From: Dickeya solani IPO 2222
GTDB lineage: Bacteria; Pseudomonadota; Gammaproteobacteria; Enterobacterales; Enterobacteriaceae
Assembly: GCF_001644705.1 (NCBI RefSeq)
Contig: NZ_CP015137.1
Location: 390,001 to 422,000 of the forward strand
Length of the DNA stretch: 32,000 bases
Direction of reading: 5' to 3'
Shown piece after piece: positions 18,299 to 27,700 of this stretch. The first letter of the stretch is position 1. Each line of letters starts with the position of its first letter. The notes under the pieces were generated by a model. The model made no database searches and was not told the DNA's origin. It saw only the letters and a list, made by a program, of their open reading frames with translations. The translations under genes and the position numbers were made by a program.

Positions 18299-18416
18299 CC
18301 GGCTGCCGTATGCCGATAAATGCGGTTGCGCTCGATTTGTGTTTGATGGCTGTTGCTGTGTGATATTGATTGCAGTTTAAAGACTACTCATTGGTTTACC
18401 GGAGATCGTTCCCGAT

Positions 18417-19193
18417 ATGAAAAAATTAAGCATGTTGATGTTGTCGCTGGGTTTACTGTCCTCCTCCGTCGCGCTGGCGCAGACCGAACTGCGTTTTGGG
18501 CTGGAAGCGGAATACCCGCCGTTTGAAAGCAAAAACGCCAAGGGCCAGTTGGAAGGGTTCGATATCGATCTGGGCAATGCCATCTGTAAGGCAGGCAATT
18601 TCAAATGCACCTGGGTTGAAACCTCGTTTGACGCGCTGATTCCGGCGCTGCAGGCCAAAAAGTTCGACGCCATCAACTCCGCGATGAACATCACCGAAAA
18701 ACGTAAGGAAGCGATCGACTTTACCACGCCTATCTACCGCATTCCGACCCAACTGGTCGGCAAACCGGACAGCGGTCTGGCGCCGACGTCGGAAGCGCTG
18801 AAAGGCAAGAACATCGGCGTGTTGCAGGGGTCGATTCAGGAAGTGTACGCCAAGGCGCATTGGGAGCCGAAAGGCGTCACCGTGACCTCTTACAAAGACC
18901 AGAACCTGGCGTATGACGACCTGGCGGCAGGCCGTCTGGACGGTACGCTGGTGATGGCGGCGGCCGGTCAATCCGGTTTCCTCGACAAACCAGAAGGCAA
19001 GGGTTTCGCCTTTATCGGCGGGCCGGTGGAAGACGCCGCCATTCTCGGCAGCGGCATCGGCTTTGGTCTGCGTAAAAGCGACGCCGCGCTGAAGGTCGAA
19101 CTGGATAAAGCCATCAAACAGGTGAAGGACGACGGCACCGTCGAGAAACTGGCGAAGCAATACTTCCCCGGCTTCGACGTGCGGGTGCAGTAA
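18417..19193 (+). CDS. Periplasmic basic-amino-acid binding protein (ArgT/HisJ/ArtJ family), orphan without adjacent permease or ATPase
   Basis: 258 aa with a signal peptide ending ALA-QT. Colinear with E. coli HisJ/ArgT (YPPFESKNAKGQLEGFDIDLGNAICK, DALIPALQAKKFDAI, ITEKRKEAIDFT, KGKNIGVLQGS, GFGLRKSD, GTVEKLAKQYF). Confidence 0.9.
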   Translation: MKKLSMLMLSLGLLSSSVALAQTELRFGLEAEYPPFESKNAKGQLEGFDIDLGNAICKAGNFKCTWVETSFDALIPALQAKKFDAINSAMNITEKRKEAIDFTTPIYRIPTQLVGKPDSGLAPTSEALKGKNIGVLQGSIQEVYAKAHWEPKGVTVTSYKDQNLAYDDLAAGRLDGTLVMAAAGQSGFLDKPEGKGFAFIGGPVEDAAILGSGIGFGLRKSDAALKVELDKAIKQVKDDGTVEKLAKQYFPGFDVRVQ

Positions 19194-19241
19194 CCACCGC
19201 TTTCCGCCGTTCCACTCCCTGAACGACGGTTATGAAATCAT

Positions 19242-19275
19242 AAGGCCCGCATCAGACGATGTGGGCCTTGTTTTT
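19242..19275 (+). terminator. Rho-independent terminator after the binding-protein gene
   Basis: AAGGCCCGC atcagacgat GTGGGCCTT g TTTTT. Confidence 0.85.
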
Positions 19276-19305
19276 AGCAAATGCCATTAGCCGGGAAAAC
19301 GTCTG

Positions 19306-20457
19306 TTACGGCAACGGTAAATCCTTTAGCCGGCCGGGGTGCTGTTTGACGACATCCCAGGGCAGGATTTCCCAGCCGGAACCTTTGCACTGCGAAGTCA
19401 GATTAGGGGTCATGGTCTGGAAATAGATACCTTTGGATGTCAGGCTCCAGGGGGCATTAGCCCACACCTCTGATGAACTGTAGTCACAGACATCCTCGCT
19501 CTCGTCGTCCGTTACCTTTGTCTGTTCCGGATAGAGCCGGGCAAACTGTGCGGCTAGCCATGTCGGCAAGGTTTCCTGCAAGTAGTCATCAGGGATAGCG
19601 GAGGCATCCGGCACCGGCGATTCGTCGACCCACATCAAATCAGACAGCGTCAACTCGCTCGCGTCAGAGACACGCAAAATGTGGGGCGATACATCCATAT
19701 AATCGTGTGCGCCGCCGCAGCTTCTGTCGCCGGATACCACATAGCTGATCACATTCGCCGACAGCAGGCTGATTTTTACCTTATCATCCGAATGTTCACA
19801 CTGCGCAACGGCCAGAACCGTGCGCCAGAAGCTGTCCCGTAGCGCGGCGTTCAAGGCAGCGAGCCGTTCCGCCGGGTAGCCAGAGGTCAACTGAAACATC
19901 GACAGTTTAGCGTTCGGCTCCTGCCACCATTCCACGTTATAACCGTTGACGACGCCTTGCTTGACCATCACCGGTTCAGCCGTTGCACGCAGCAGATAGT
20001 CATAAGGCGAGAGCTGGTAGAGCGACTGCATAAAGGGCGACAATCCGGCTGTCGCTATCGGCACCATCTGTGACAGTTCAACGGCGAGCGGCGTACCCTG
20101 CCCCTGACGCCACTCACCCTGCCAGCCGTTATTATCGGCAGGACGTAACGTGATGACTGGGCTGCTCGCCGGCTTTACGTCGGCCTCGTCGTCACTCTCC
20201 AACGCATCCACATCAATATTCAGCGTCAACTGCCCCTGCTTGCTGCGCTGGCCATTAATATGGTGAGTCACACGTTCCGATGCAACAAAATAGCGGCTCT
20301 CCACGCGCCCATCCAATTGAACATCCAGCTCTATCACCACCGGCGTTGTCCCCAGCGTGCCGCCATATACCACCGGCGTTGCCTGCGCCATACCCACCAT
20401 ACAAACAAAACCCAGCACCAGTCCCAACATCCCTGAGGTCAATTTTAGTAAGTTCAT
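19306..20457 (-). CDS. Secreted/periplasmic protein of unknown function (acidic, 4 Cys in the mature part), possibly DUF3298/RsiV-like
   Basis: 383 aa. Sec signal MNLLKLTSGMLGLVLGFVCMVGMAQA|TP. An N-terminal Y-G-G-x-L-G..PVVIEL..GRV..RYF module and a CGGAHDY motif recall the GGAH motif of DUF3298-type domains. The family assignment is uncertain. There is no clear SD at the start. Confidence 0.7.
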   Translation of the reverse strand: MNLLKLTSGMLGLVLGFVCMVGMAQATPVVYGGTLGTTPVVIELDVQLDGRVESRYFVASERVTHHINGQRSKQGQLTLNIDVDALESDDEADVKPASSPVITLRPADNNGWQGEWRQGQGTPLAVELSQMVPIATAGLSPFMQSLYQLSPYDYLLRATAEPVMVKQGVVNGYNVEWWQEPNAKLSMFQLTSGYPAERLAALNAALRDSFWRTVLAVAQCEHSDDKVKISLLSANVISYVVSGDRSCGGAHDYMDVSPHILRVSDASELTLSDLMWVDESPVPDASAIPDDYLQETLPTWLAAQFARLYPEQTKVTDDESEDVCDYSSSEVWANAPWSLTSKGIYFQTMTPNLTSQCKGSGWEILPWDVVKQHPGRLKDLPLP

Positions 20458-20692
20458 GTTAAGTAAACGAATAAGAAAGAGAGGAGATACTATAGTTGAA
20501 CTGATGTATTTTCACTAACCCACCGGTACTGAATCTACTGATAATAAAGGTTCACAGCGAGAGATCATCCAATCAGGCTAATGGCATTTTCCCCCCCACG
20601 CTCTATGCTATGACGAGTCAGGGATAAACGGAGACGCGGTGTGCGTCGACGTTATCCTGGTGATTTTCTTTTCACACAAAAAGGACAACACC

Positions 20693-21238
20693 ATGAGTCA
20701 TATCAAACTATTAGGTATTGCCGGCAGCCTGCGTAAAGCCTCTGCCAACCGGGGATTGCTGCGCGCCGCGCAGTCCGTGCTGCCGGCGGGCGTCACGCTT
20801 GAGATCGCCGACCTGCTGGACGTACCGTTCTATAACGCCGACCTGACCGAGGTTCCCGCCTCAGTACAACGTATCGCCCGTCAGGCCAGCGAAGCGGATG
20901 GCTTCGTGTTCGCCTGCACGGAATACAATTATTCGATGGCACCGGCGCTGAAAAACATTCTTGACTGGATCTCTCGCCTGCCGGACACCGGCATTCTGAA
21001 TGACAAGCCGGCCGCGCTGATGGGCGCCGGCGGCGGCATGGGCACTTCCCGTTCGCAGTATCATTTGCGGCAAACCTGCGTTTACCTGAATATTCATCCG
21101 CTCAACCGACCGGAAGTCTTTTCCAATGCTTTCGCCGGCGGCTTTGACGATCAAGGCAACCTGAAAGACGAAAAAATCACCGCGCTGATCGCCGATCAAA
21201 TGAACGCGCTCGCCGACGCGATTGCGAATAAAAAATAA
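20693..21238 (+). CDS. NADPH-dependent FMN reductase family protein (flavodoxin-like; YieF/ChrR type)
   Basis: 181 aa from ATG 20693, with AAGGA upstream. Motif LLGIAGSLRKASANRGL and the TEYNYSMAPALKNILDW block. The track start at 20639 is rejected. Confidence 0.85.
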   Translation: MSHIKLLGIAGSLRKASANRGLLRAAQSVLPAGVTLEIADLLDVPFYNADLTEVPASVQRIARQASEADGFVFACTEYNYSMAPALKNILDWISRLPDTGILNDKPAALMGAGGGMGTSRSQYHLRQTCVYLNIHPLNRPEVFSNAFAGGFDDQGNLKDEKITALIADQMNALADAIANKK

Positions 21239-21255
21239 ATCACATCTGCATCAGG

Positions 21256-21279
21256 CTGCCACCCGCCGTCGGGCGGCAG
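21256..21279. terminator. GC-rich hairpin between the convergent FMN reductase and cobA genes
   Basis: CTGCCACCCG ccgt CGGGCGGCAG. A 10-position stem with one mismatch and no T-run. Confidence 0.45.
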
Positions 21280-21283
21280 TCGT

Positions 21284-22114
21284 TCACGCCGCTACCGTTC
21301 CCACCTTCATCATCGCCTCGCTGGCGACCGTCAGCGCCGGATGACGACAGAAACGCACCACCTCCCCTACGACCAGCAGACTGGGTGACTGCGGCTGATA
21401 ACGCGCCATCAGCGTCGGCAAGGTCGCCAGCGTGGCGGTCAACAAACGCTGTTCCGGCTGGGTACCGCGCTCGATAATCGCCAGCGGCGTACTGGCAGGC
21501 AGACCATTGGCGATCAGTTTCTGGCACAGGCGGCTGGCATGACTCAACCCCATGTAAAACACCAGCGTCTGTTGGCCGACGCCGAGCGTTTCCCAGTCCA
21601 GCTGCGGTTCGCCGTCGCGGGCATGTCCGGTGATAAAGCGCACCGACTGGGCGCAATCCCGGTGCGTCAGCGGCAGCCCCACCGCCGCGGCGCAGCCGGT
21701 GGCGGCAGTGATGCCGGGCACCACATGGCAAGTCACGCCCTGCTGCTGCAGATAATCCATCTCCTCGCCGCCACGGCCGAAAATGAACGGATCGCCGCCT
21801 TTAAGCCGCACCACCCGTTGCCCGGCCTGCGCCAGTTCCATCAGCAACTGGTTGATTTGCGGTTGCGGCAGCGCGTGGTGCCCCTGCTGCTTGCCGACAT
21901 CGATGCGCAACGTTTCCGGCTGCACCAACGCCATAATATCGGCGGAGACCAGCCGGTCATGGACCACCACGTCCGCCTGCTGAATCGCCCGCAGCGCCTT
22001 GATAGTCAACAGTTCGGCGTCGCCCGGGCCGGCGCCCACCAGCCAGACATCGCCGGCCAGCAGGGGCTGGCGTTGATGGCCCTGCGCCATCAGTGTGTTC
22101 AGGGTAGGGTTCAT
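21284..22114 (-). CDS. cobA: Uroporphyrinogen-III C-methyltransferase (SUMT; sirohaem branch), last gene of the nas operon
   Basis: 276 aa. [18 protein letters not shown] and [15 protein letters not shown] motifs. SD AAGGAG, 27 nt after the nasA stop. Confidence 0.9.
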   Translation of the reverse strand: MNPTLNTLMAQGHQRQPLLAGDVWLVGAGPGDAELLTIKALRAIQQADVVVHDRLVSADIMALVQPETLRIDVGKQQGHHALPQPQINQLLMELAQAGQRVVRLKGGDPFIFGRGGEEMDYLQQQGVTCHVVPGITAATGCAAAVGLPLTHRDCAQSVRFITGHARDGEPQLDWETLGVGQQTLVFYMGLSHASRLCQKLIANGLPASTPLAIIERGTQPEQRLLTATLATLPTLMARYQPQSPSLLVVGEVVRFCRHPALTVASEAMMKVGTVAA

Positions 22115-22141
22115 GTTGATGACTCCTTATCCGAGCGCGGC

Positions 22142-24790
22142 TCAGCCCGCCCGGCGTAATGTGTCCGGCGTGGCATACTGTTGCAGCAACGCCTTCAGTT
22201 CCGGCACGCAGGACCCGCAATTGGTCCCGCATTGTAGTTGTTCGCCCAGTTGCGCCACGCTGTGGCACCCCTGACGGATGGCGTCGATAATGCGTTGTTC
22301 TCCCACCGCGAAGCAGCTGCAAATGGTCGCCCCTTGCGGCGCCTCGCCCTGCGGCGCGCACCCGGCCAGCAATGCCAGCCGGTCCGACGTCTGTTGCGGC
22401 GGCGAGGCAAACGCCGCCAGGATCGTTTCACGTTCCAGCGCCGGCCGGCGAACGTCGACATACAGCGCCACCGCCACCTGTCCCGACAGCCAGCCAACCG
22501 CGTGAAACAGGCCGCCGTCGCCCTGCGCCTGTTGATAGTGGACGTCGTTCAATCCGTACTGCCGGGCCAGCCAGTCGAGCCAGCGATCTGGCGTCTGCTC
22601 GCCGGCGATGGTGTAATGGGACACGCCGTCGGCGGCGATGCGGCTCCAGTAGCCGCAATCCGGCGCCGTCACGTCGCCGCGCACAAACAGTTCGCCGAAC
22701 CAGGCGGCGGGCCAGCGTTGGATACGCACCCGCGCCTGCTTGCTTTCCGGCTGACCGGAATAAGGATCGGTCACCGCCGCTACCAGGCTGTCCGCCCGCG
22801 CCTGCGCGCTAAACTGCCGGTTCCAGTGCATCGGAACAAAGATGCTGCCGCGCTGCTGCCCGCGCTGGACCTGCGCCCGCGCCAGCATCCAGCCCGACTC
22901 GGCGCTGATGCGCACCAGTTCGCCGTCGTGAACGCCGGCATTAAGCGCATCCTGCGGATGAAGATCGCAATAGGGTTCCGGCAGATGGCGCATCAGGCGC
23001 GGCGCCTTGCCGGTACGGGTCATGGTGTGCCACTGATCCCGCACCCGGCCGGTGTTGAGCACCAGCGGATACGCGGGCGACGGCGGATTGACAGGTAATT
23101 GCGGCGTGATCGCCAGCAGCCGCGCCTTACCGTCCGGGTGCCAGCAGCGCCCGTCGGTATACAACCGCCCGGTGCCGTCACTCGCGTTGGCGGTCACCGG
23201 CCACTGCACCGGTATGAGTTGCTGCCATTGTTCATCGCTGAACGTCGCCAGCGCGCTGATGTTGAACGCGCGCTGCCCCTGATTCTCGAATCCGGACAAG
23301 GCGGCGTGTTCGCGGAAGATCTGCGCCGGATGGCGGTAATCGAACGCAGCGCCAAACCCCATGCGCTGCGCCACCTGCGACAGAATCCACCAGTCGGCTT
23401 TCGCTTCGCCCGGTGCGGGCAGAAACGCGCGCTGACGAGAAATTCGGCGTTCGGAGTTCGTCACCGTGCCGTCCTTTTCCCCCCACGCCAGCGCGGGCAA
23501 CAGGACATGCGCGCAATCGGCCGTGTCGGTGTGGCGCATCACGTCGGAGACGATCACCAGCGGGCAGTGCAACAGCGCCTGCCGCACCCGGTCCGCTTCC
23601 GGCATGGAAACCACCGGGTTAGTGCCCATGATCCACACCGCCTTGACCTGCCCGGCTTCGATCGCGCGGAACAGGTCCACCGCCATCAGCCCCGGCATCG
23701 CCGCCACCCGGTCGCTGCCCCAGAAACGGCCGACCCGCTCCACCTCCTGCGGGCTGAACCCCATGTGCGCCGCCAGCTGATTCGCCAGCCCGCCCACCTC
23801 GCGCCCGCCCATCGCATTCGGCTGACCGGTAATCGAAAACGGGCCGCACCCGGCGCGGCCGATACGGCCGCTGAACAGATGCACGTTGATGATGGCATTA
23901 CACTTGTCGCTGCCGGAAGAGGACTGGTTGATGCCCTGCGAGTAGAGCGTCACCACCTTGTCGGTATCACCGAACCACTGGTAGAAACAGGCTACATCCT
24001 CGTGATCCAACTGGCAGAACTCCGCCACTCGCTCCACCGTCCAGTCATCAGCGGCCGCCAGCGTCGCCTCCACGCCGCTCAGCCCATCGGGAACCGGGGC
24101 GTTCCGCTGCGCCAGCCAGCGCAGCAGCCCGTTGAATAACCCGGCATCGCTGCCGGGCGCCAGCGGCAAGTGCAATTCCGCCGCATCGCAGGTGGCGGTA
24201 TGGCGTGGGTCGATCACCACCACCCGCATGTGCGGACGTTGCTGTTTGGCCTGTACCAGCCGTTGATACACCACCGGGTGCGCCCAGGCGGTGTTGGACC
24301 CGACCAGCACCACCAAATCGGCCTGTTCGATGTCCTCGTAGTTACAGGGCACCGCATCGGCGCCCAGCGCCCGTTTGTACCCGACCACCGCCGACGCCAT
24401 GCACAGCCGGGAGTTGGTGTCCATGTTGGCGCTGCCGATGAATCCTTTCATCAGCTTGTTGGCGACGTAATAGTCCTCGGTCAGCAGTTGCCCCGAACCG
24501 TAAAACGCCACCGCCTGCGGGCCATGCTGCGCAATAATGTCGCCGAGCGACTGCGCCACCCGATCCAACGCCTGATCCCAGCTGACGCGATGTCCGTCAA
24601 CCAGCGGCCATAGCAGCCGCCCTTGCAGATCCAACGTATCGCCCAGTGCTGAGCCTTTGACGCACAACCGCCCCAGATTGGCCGGGTGTTGGCGATCGCC
24701 TTCAATGGTCACCCTCCCGTCCGGCTGGGGGGTGGCAATCACCCCGCAGCCCACGCCGCAGTAAGGACAGGTGGTGCGGCAGCCGCTCAT
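22142..24790 (-). CDS. nasA: Assimilatory nitrate reductase catalytic subunit (Mo-bisMGD)
   Basis: 882 aa. N-terminal 4Fe-4S motif CPYCGVGCG, a molybdopterin oxidoreductase body and a C-terminal BFD-like 2Fe-2S module (CSCFAVG...CGTNCGSCVPEL). The ATGA start overlaps the upstream stop. Confidence 0.93.
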   Translation of the reverse strand: MSGCRTTCPYCGVGCGVIATPQPDGRVTIEGDRQHPANLGRLCVKGSALGDTLDLQGRLLWPLVDGHRVSWDQALDRVAQSLGDIIAQHGPQAVAFYGSGQLLTEDYYVANKLMKGFIGSANMDTNSRLCMASAVVGYKRALGADAVPCNYEDIEQADLVVLVGSNTAWAHPVVYQRLVQAKQQRPHMRVVVIDPRHTATCDAAELHLPLAPGSDAGLFNGLLRWLAQRNAPVPDGLSGVEATLAAADDWTVERVAEFCQLDHEDVACFYQWFGDTDKVVTLYSQGINQSSSGSDKCNAIINVHLFSGRIGRAGCGPFSITGQPNAMGGREVGGLANQLAAHMGFSPQEVERVGRFWGSDRVAAMPGLMAVDLFRAIEAGQVKAVWIMGTNPVVSMPEADRVRQALLHCPLVIVSDVMRHTDTADCAHVLLPALAWGEKDGTVTNSERRISRQRAFLPAPGEAKADWWILSQVAQRMGFGAAFDYRHPAQIFREHAALSGFENQGQRAFNISALATFSDEQWQQLIPVQWPVTANASDGTGRLYTDGRCWHPDGKARLLAITPQLPVNPPSPAYPLVLNTGRVRDQWHTMTRTGKAPRLMRHLPEPYCDLHPQDALNAGVHDGELVRISAESGWMLARAQVQRGQQRGSIFVPMHWNRQFSAQARADSLVAAVTDPYSGQPESKQARVRIQRWPAAWFGELFVRGDVTAPDCGYWSRIAADGVSHYTIAGEQTPDRWLDWLARQYGLNDVHYQQAQGDGGLFHAVGWLSGQVAVALYVDVRRPALERETILAAFASPPQQTSDRLALLAGCAPQGEAPQGATICSCFAVGEQRIIDAIRQGCHSVAQLGEQLQCGTNCGSCVPELKALLQQYATPDTLRRAG

Positions 24791-27700
24791 AATGCTTCCG
24801 CCATGTCGGCCGCCACTACCGCCATCGGTTCATTCGCCACCCAGATACGATCCTGTACGATACGCACCGGCCAGACGCGCACCCGCAGTTGACTGTCATC
24901 CGGGCTGACGCCGTCACGCAGACGCAAACGCTTTTTGTACAACGGCGAAATCACCACCGGTTCGCCCGCTACGTCACCGACAAGGCCGCGCGACAGAACG
25001 TTGGCGCCGCTGCCCGGCTCCTGATTATCGAGCGCGAATACGTGCCCTGCTTGCCCCGGCTGAGCGGCGGGCAGATGAAACAAGGCCACCTGCTGATGCC
25101 CGACCCGCGCCGCCATACCGGCATTCGCCGGGATATCGCTGAGGAAACCGACACACTGCCAGCCTTCCGCGCCAGGCGCGTCTGATGCCGCCGCTGTCTT
25201 CTCCTCCAGACGAGCCGGACGAGGCTGACCGCGCTCCGGCACCATCACCACCGCTTCATCCGGCGTATCGCTGTTGAGGAAGGCGCGGAACAATGCCCGG
25301 TGTTCGTCATGCCCCAGCGTGGTCTGCCATTCGCACTGGTAGCTGTCGATAACATGACGCATCTCGTTTTCCAACTCTTCGGCGATCCCCAGGCTGTCGT
25401 CAATCACCACCTGACGCAGGTAGTCGATGCCGCCTTCCAGGTTATCCAGCCATACGCTGGTACGCTGCAATCGGTCGCCGGTGCGGATGTAGAACATCAG
25501 CAGGCGGTCGATCAGCTGGAACAGGGTATCGGTATCCAGATCGCTGGCGAACAGGTCGGCATGGCGCGGTTTCATGCCGCCATTGCCGCACACATACAGG
25601 TTCCAGCCCTTGTCGGTGGCGATCACGCCGATGTCTTTGCCCTGCGCTTCGGCGCATTCGCGGGTACAACCGGAAACCGCCATTTTGAGTTTGTGCGGCG
25701 AGCGCAACCCCTTGTAACGGTGCTCCAGCGCAATCGCCAGCGTGGTGGAATCCTGCACGCCGTAACGGCACCAGGTAGAACCGACGCACGACTTGACGGT
25801 ACGCAGCGACTTGCCGTAGGCGTGGCCGGTTTCAAACCCGGCGTCGATCAGTTCCTGCCAGATAGCCGGCAACTGCTCCAGCCGCGCGCCGAACAGATCG
25901 ACCCGCTGACCGCCGGTAATTTTGGTGTACAGGTGGTAGCGTTCGGCCACCTGACCGATAGCGATCAACCCCTGCGGGGTGATCTCGCCGCCGGGAATGC
26001 GCGGCACCACCGAGTAAGTGCCGTCTTTCTGGATATTGGCCAGGAAACGGTCGTTGGTATCCTGCAACGGTACGTGTTCGGGTTTCAGTACATAATCGTT
26101 CCAGCAGGACGCCAGCATCGACCCGGCCAGCGGTTTACAGATTTCACAGCCCAGCCCGTGACCGTGGCGGGCGATCAGCTCGTCAAAACTGCGGATGCGG
26201 TTGACGCGGATCAGGTGGTACAGCTCCTGACGCGAATAGGCGAAATGCTCGCAGATGTCTTTTTTTACCTCGATGCCCGACTGCTGCAACTGGTACTCCA
26301 TCACCTGCTTGAGCAGCGGTACACAGCCGCCGCAACCGGTGCCCGCTTTAGTGCAGGCTTTGAGCGACGCCAGATCGGTGCAGCCGTTGTCCACCGCCGC
26401 ACAGATATCCGCTTTGCTGACGTTGTGGCAGGAGCAGATCTGCGCGCTGTCCGGCAACGCCGCCACCCCCAGCCCTTTCGGCGCCGCGCCGTCCAGCGCG
26501 GGCAGAATCAGGCTTTCCGGGTGCGCAGGCAAAGTCATGTCGTTGAGTTTCATCTGCAACAGCGTGCTGTAATCGCTGCTGTCGCCCACCAGCACCGCCC
26601 CCAGCAGCCGTTTGCCGTCCGCCGACACAATGATTTTTTTATAGACCTGATTCGGTTCGTCGTTCCACTGATAGCTCAGGCTGCCCTCGGTGTTACCGTG
26701 GGCATCGCCGATCGAGGCCACATCCACCCCTAACAGCTTGAGTTTGGTGCTCATGTCAGCACCGATAAAAGACTGTTCCTGCTGCGCCAGCCGGGCGGCG
26801 ACGGTGCGCGCCATCTGGTAGCCCGGCGCCACCAGCCCAAATATCTGCCCTTGCCATACCGCACACTCGCCGATGGCGAAGATAGCGTCATCTGAGGTCT
26901 GGCAATGATCGTCAATCACGATACCGCCGCGCACGCCTATCTCCAGCCCGGCCTCACTCGCCAACCGAACGCGTGGGCGAATACCGGCGGAAAACAGTAT
27001 CAGATCGGTTTCCAGCGACGTACCATCGGCGAAGTTCATGCGGTGGCGCGCCTGCTCGCCCGCCGTAATAGCGCGGGTTTCCTTGCCGGTATGTACATGC
27101 AGACCCAGCGCTTCAATCTTGCGCTTCAGCAACTGCGCGCCGCCGCCGTCCAGCTGTACCGCCATCAGCCTGGGGGCGAACTCCACCACATGGGTTTCCA
27201 ACCCCAGTTGGCGCAGTGCATTGGCGGCTTCCAGCCCCAGCAGCCCGCCGCCTACCACCACGCCGCTGCGCGATTCACGCGCTTCGGCGGCGATGGCGTC
27301 CAGATCGTCCAGCGTGCGATATACCAGACAACCGGGGCGATCGTTGCCCGCCATCGACGGCACAAACGGGTAGGAACCGGTCGCCAGCACCAGCCGATCG
27401 TACGGGGTTTCCTGACCGCTCGCGTCGCGCACACAGCGGCGCTGGCGATCGATTGTCATCACCTGACAACCGGTACGCAGCTCAATACCGGTCTGCTCGA
27501 AAAAGCCTTCGCTCACCATCGACAGCGATTCGGCGCTGCGACCGGCAAAATACTCGGACAAATGTACCCGGTCATAGGCCGGATGGCGTTCTTCGCCAAA
27601 CACCACCACGTGATACTGCTGGTGCAGGCTACGTTCCACCAATTGCTCCAGAAAGTGGTGCCCGACCATGCCGTGCCCCACTACCACCAATACGGGTTTA

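Noticed and set aside
25300-26733. 477-aa plus-strand ORF. Similar long plus-strand ORFs lie at 22238-23098, 23099-24139, 24170-24613, 26905-27858, 27916-28335 and 28879-29796.
   Set aside because: These are shadow ORFs antisense to strongly conserved high-GC nas genes. They are Arg/Pro/His/Gln-rich low-complexity translations with no motifs and no SDs.
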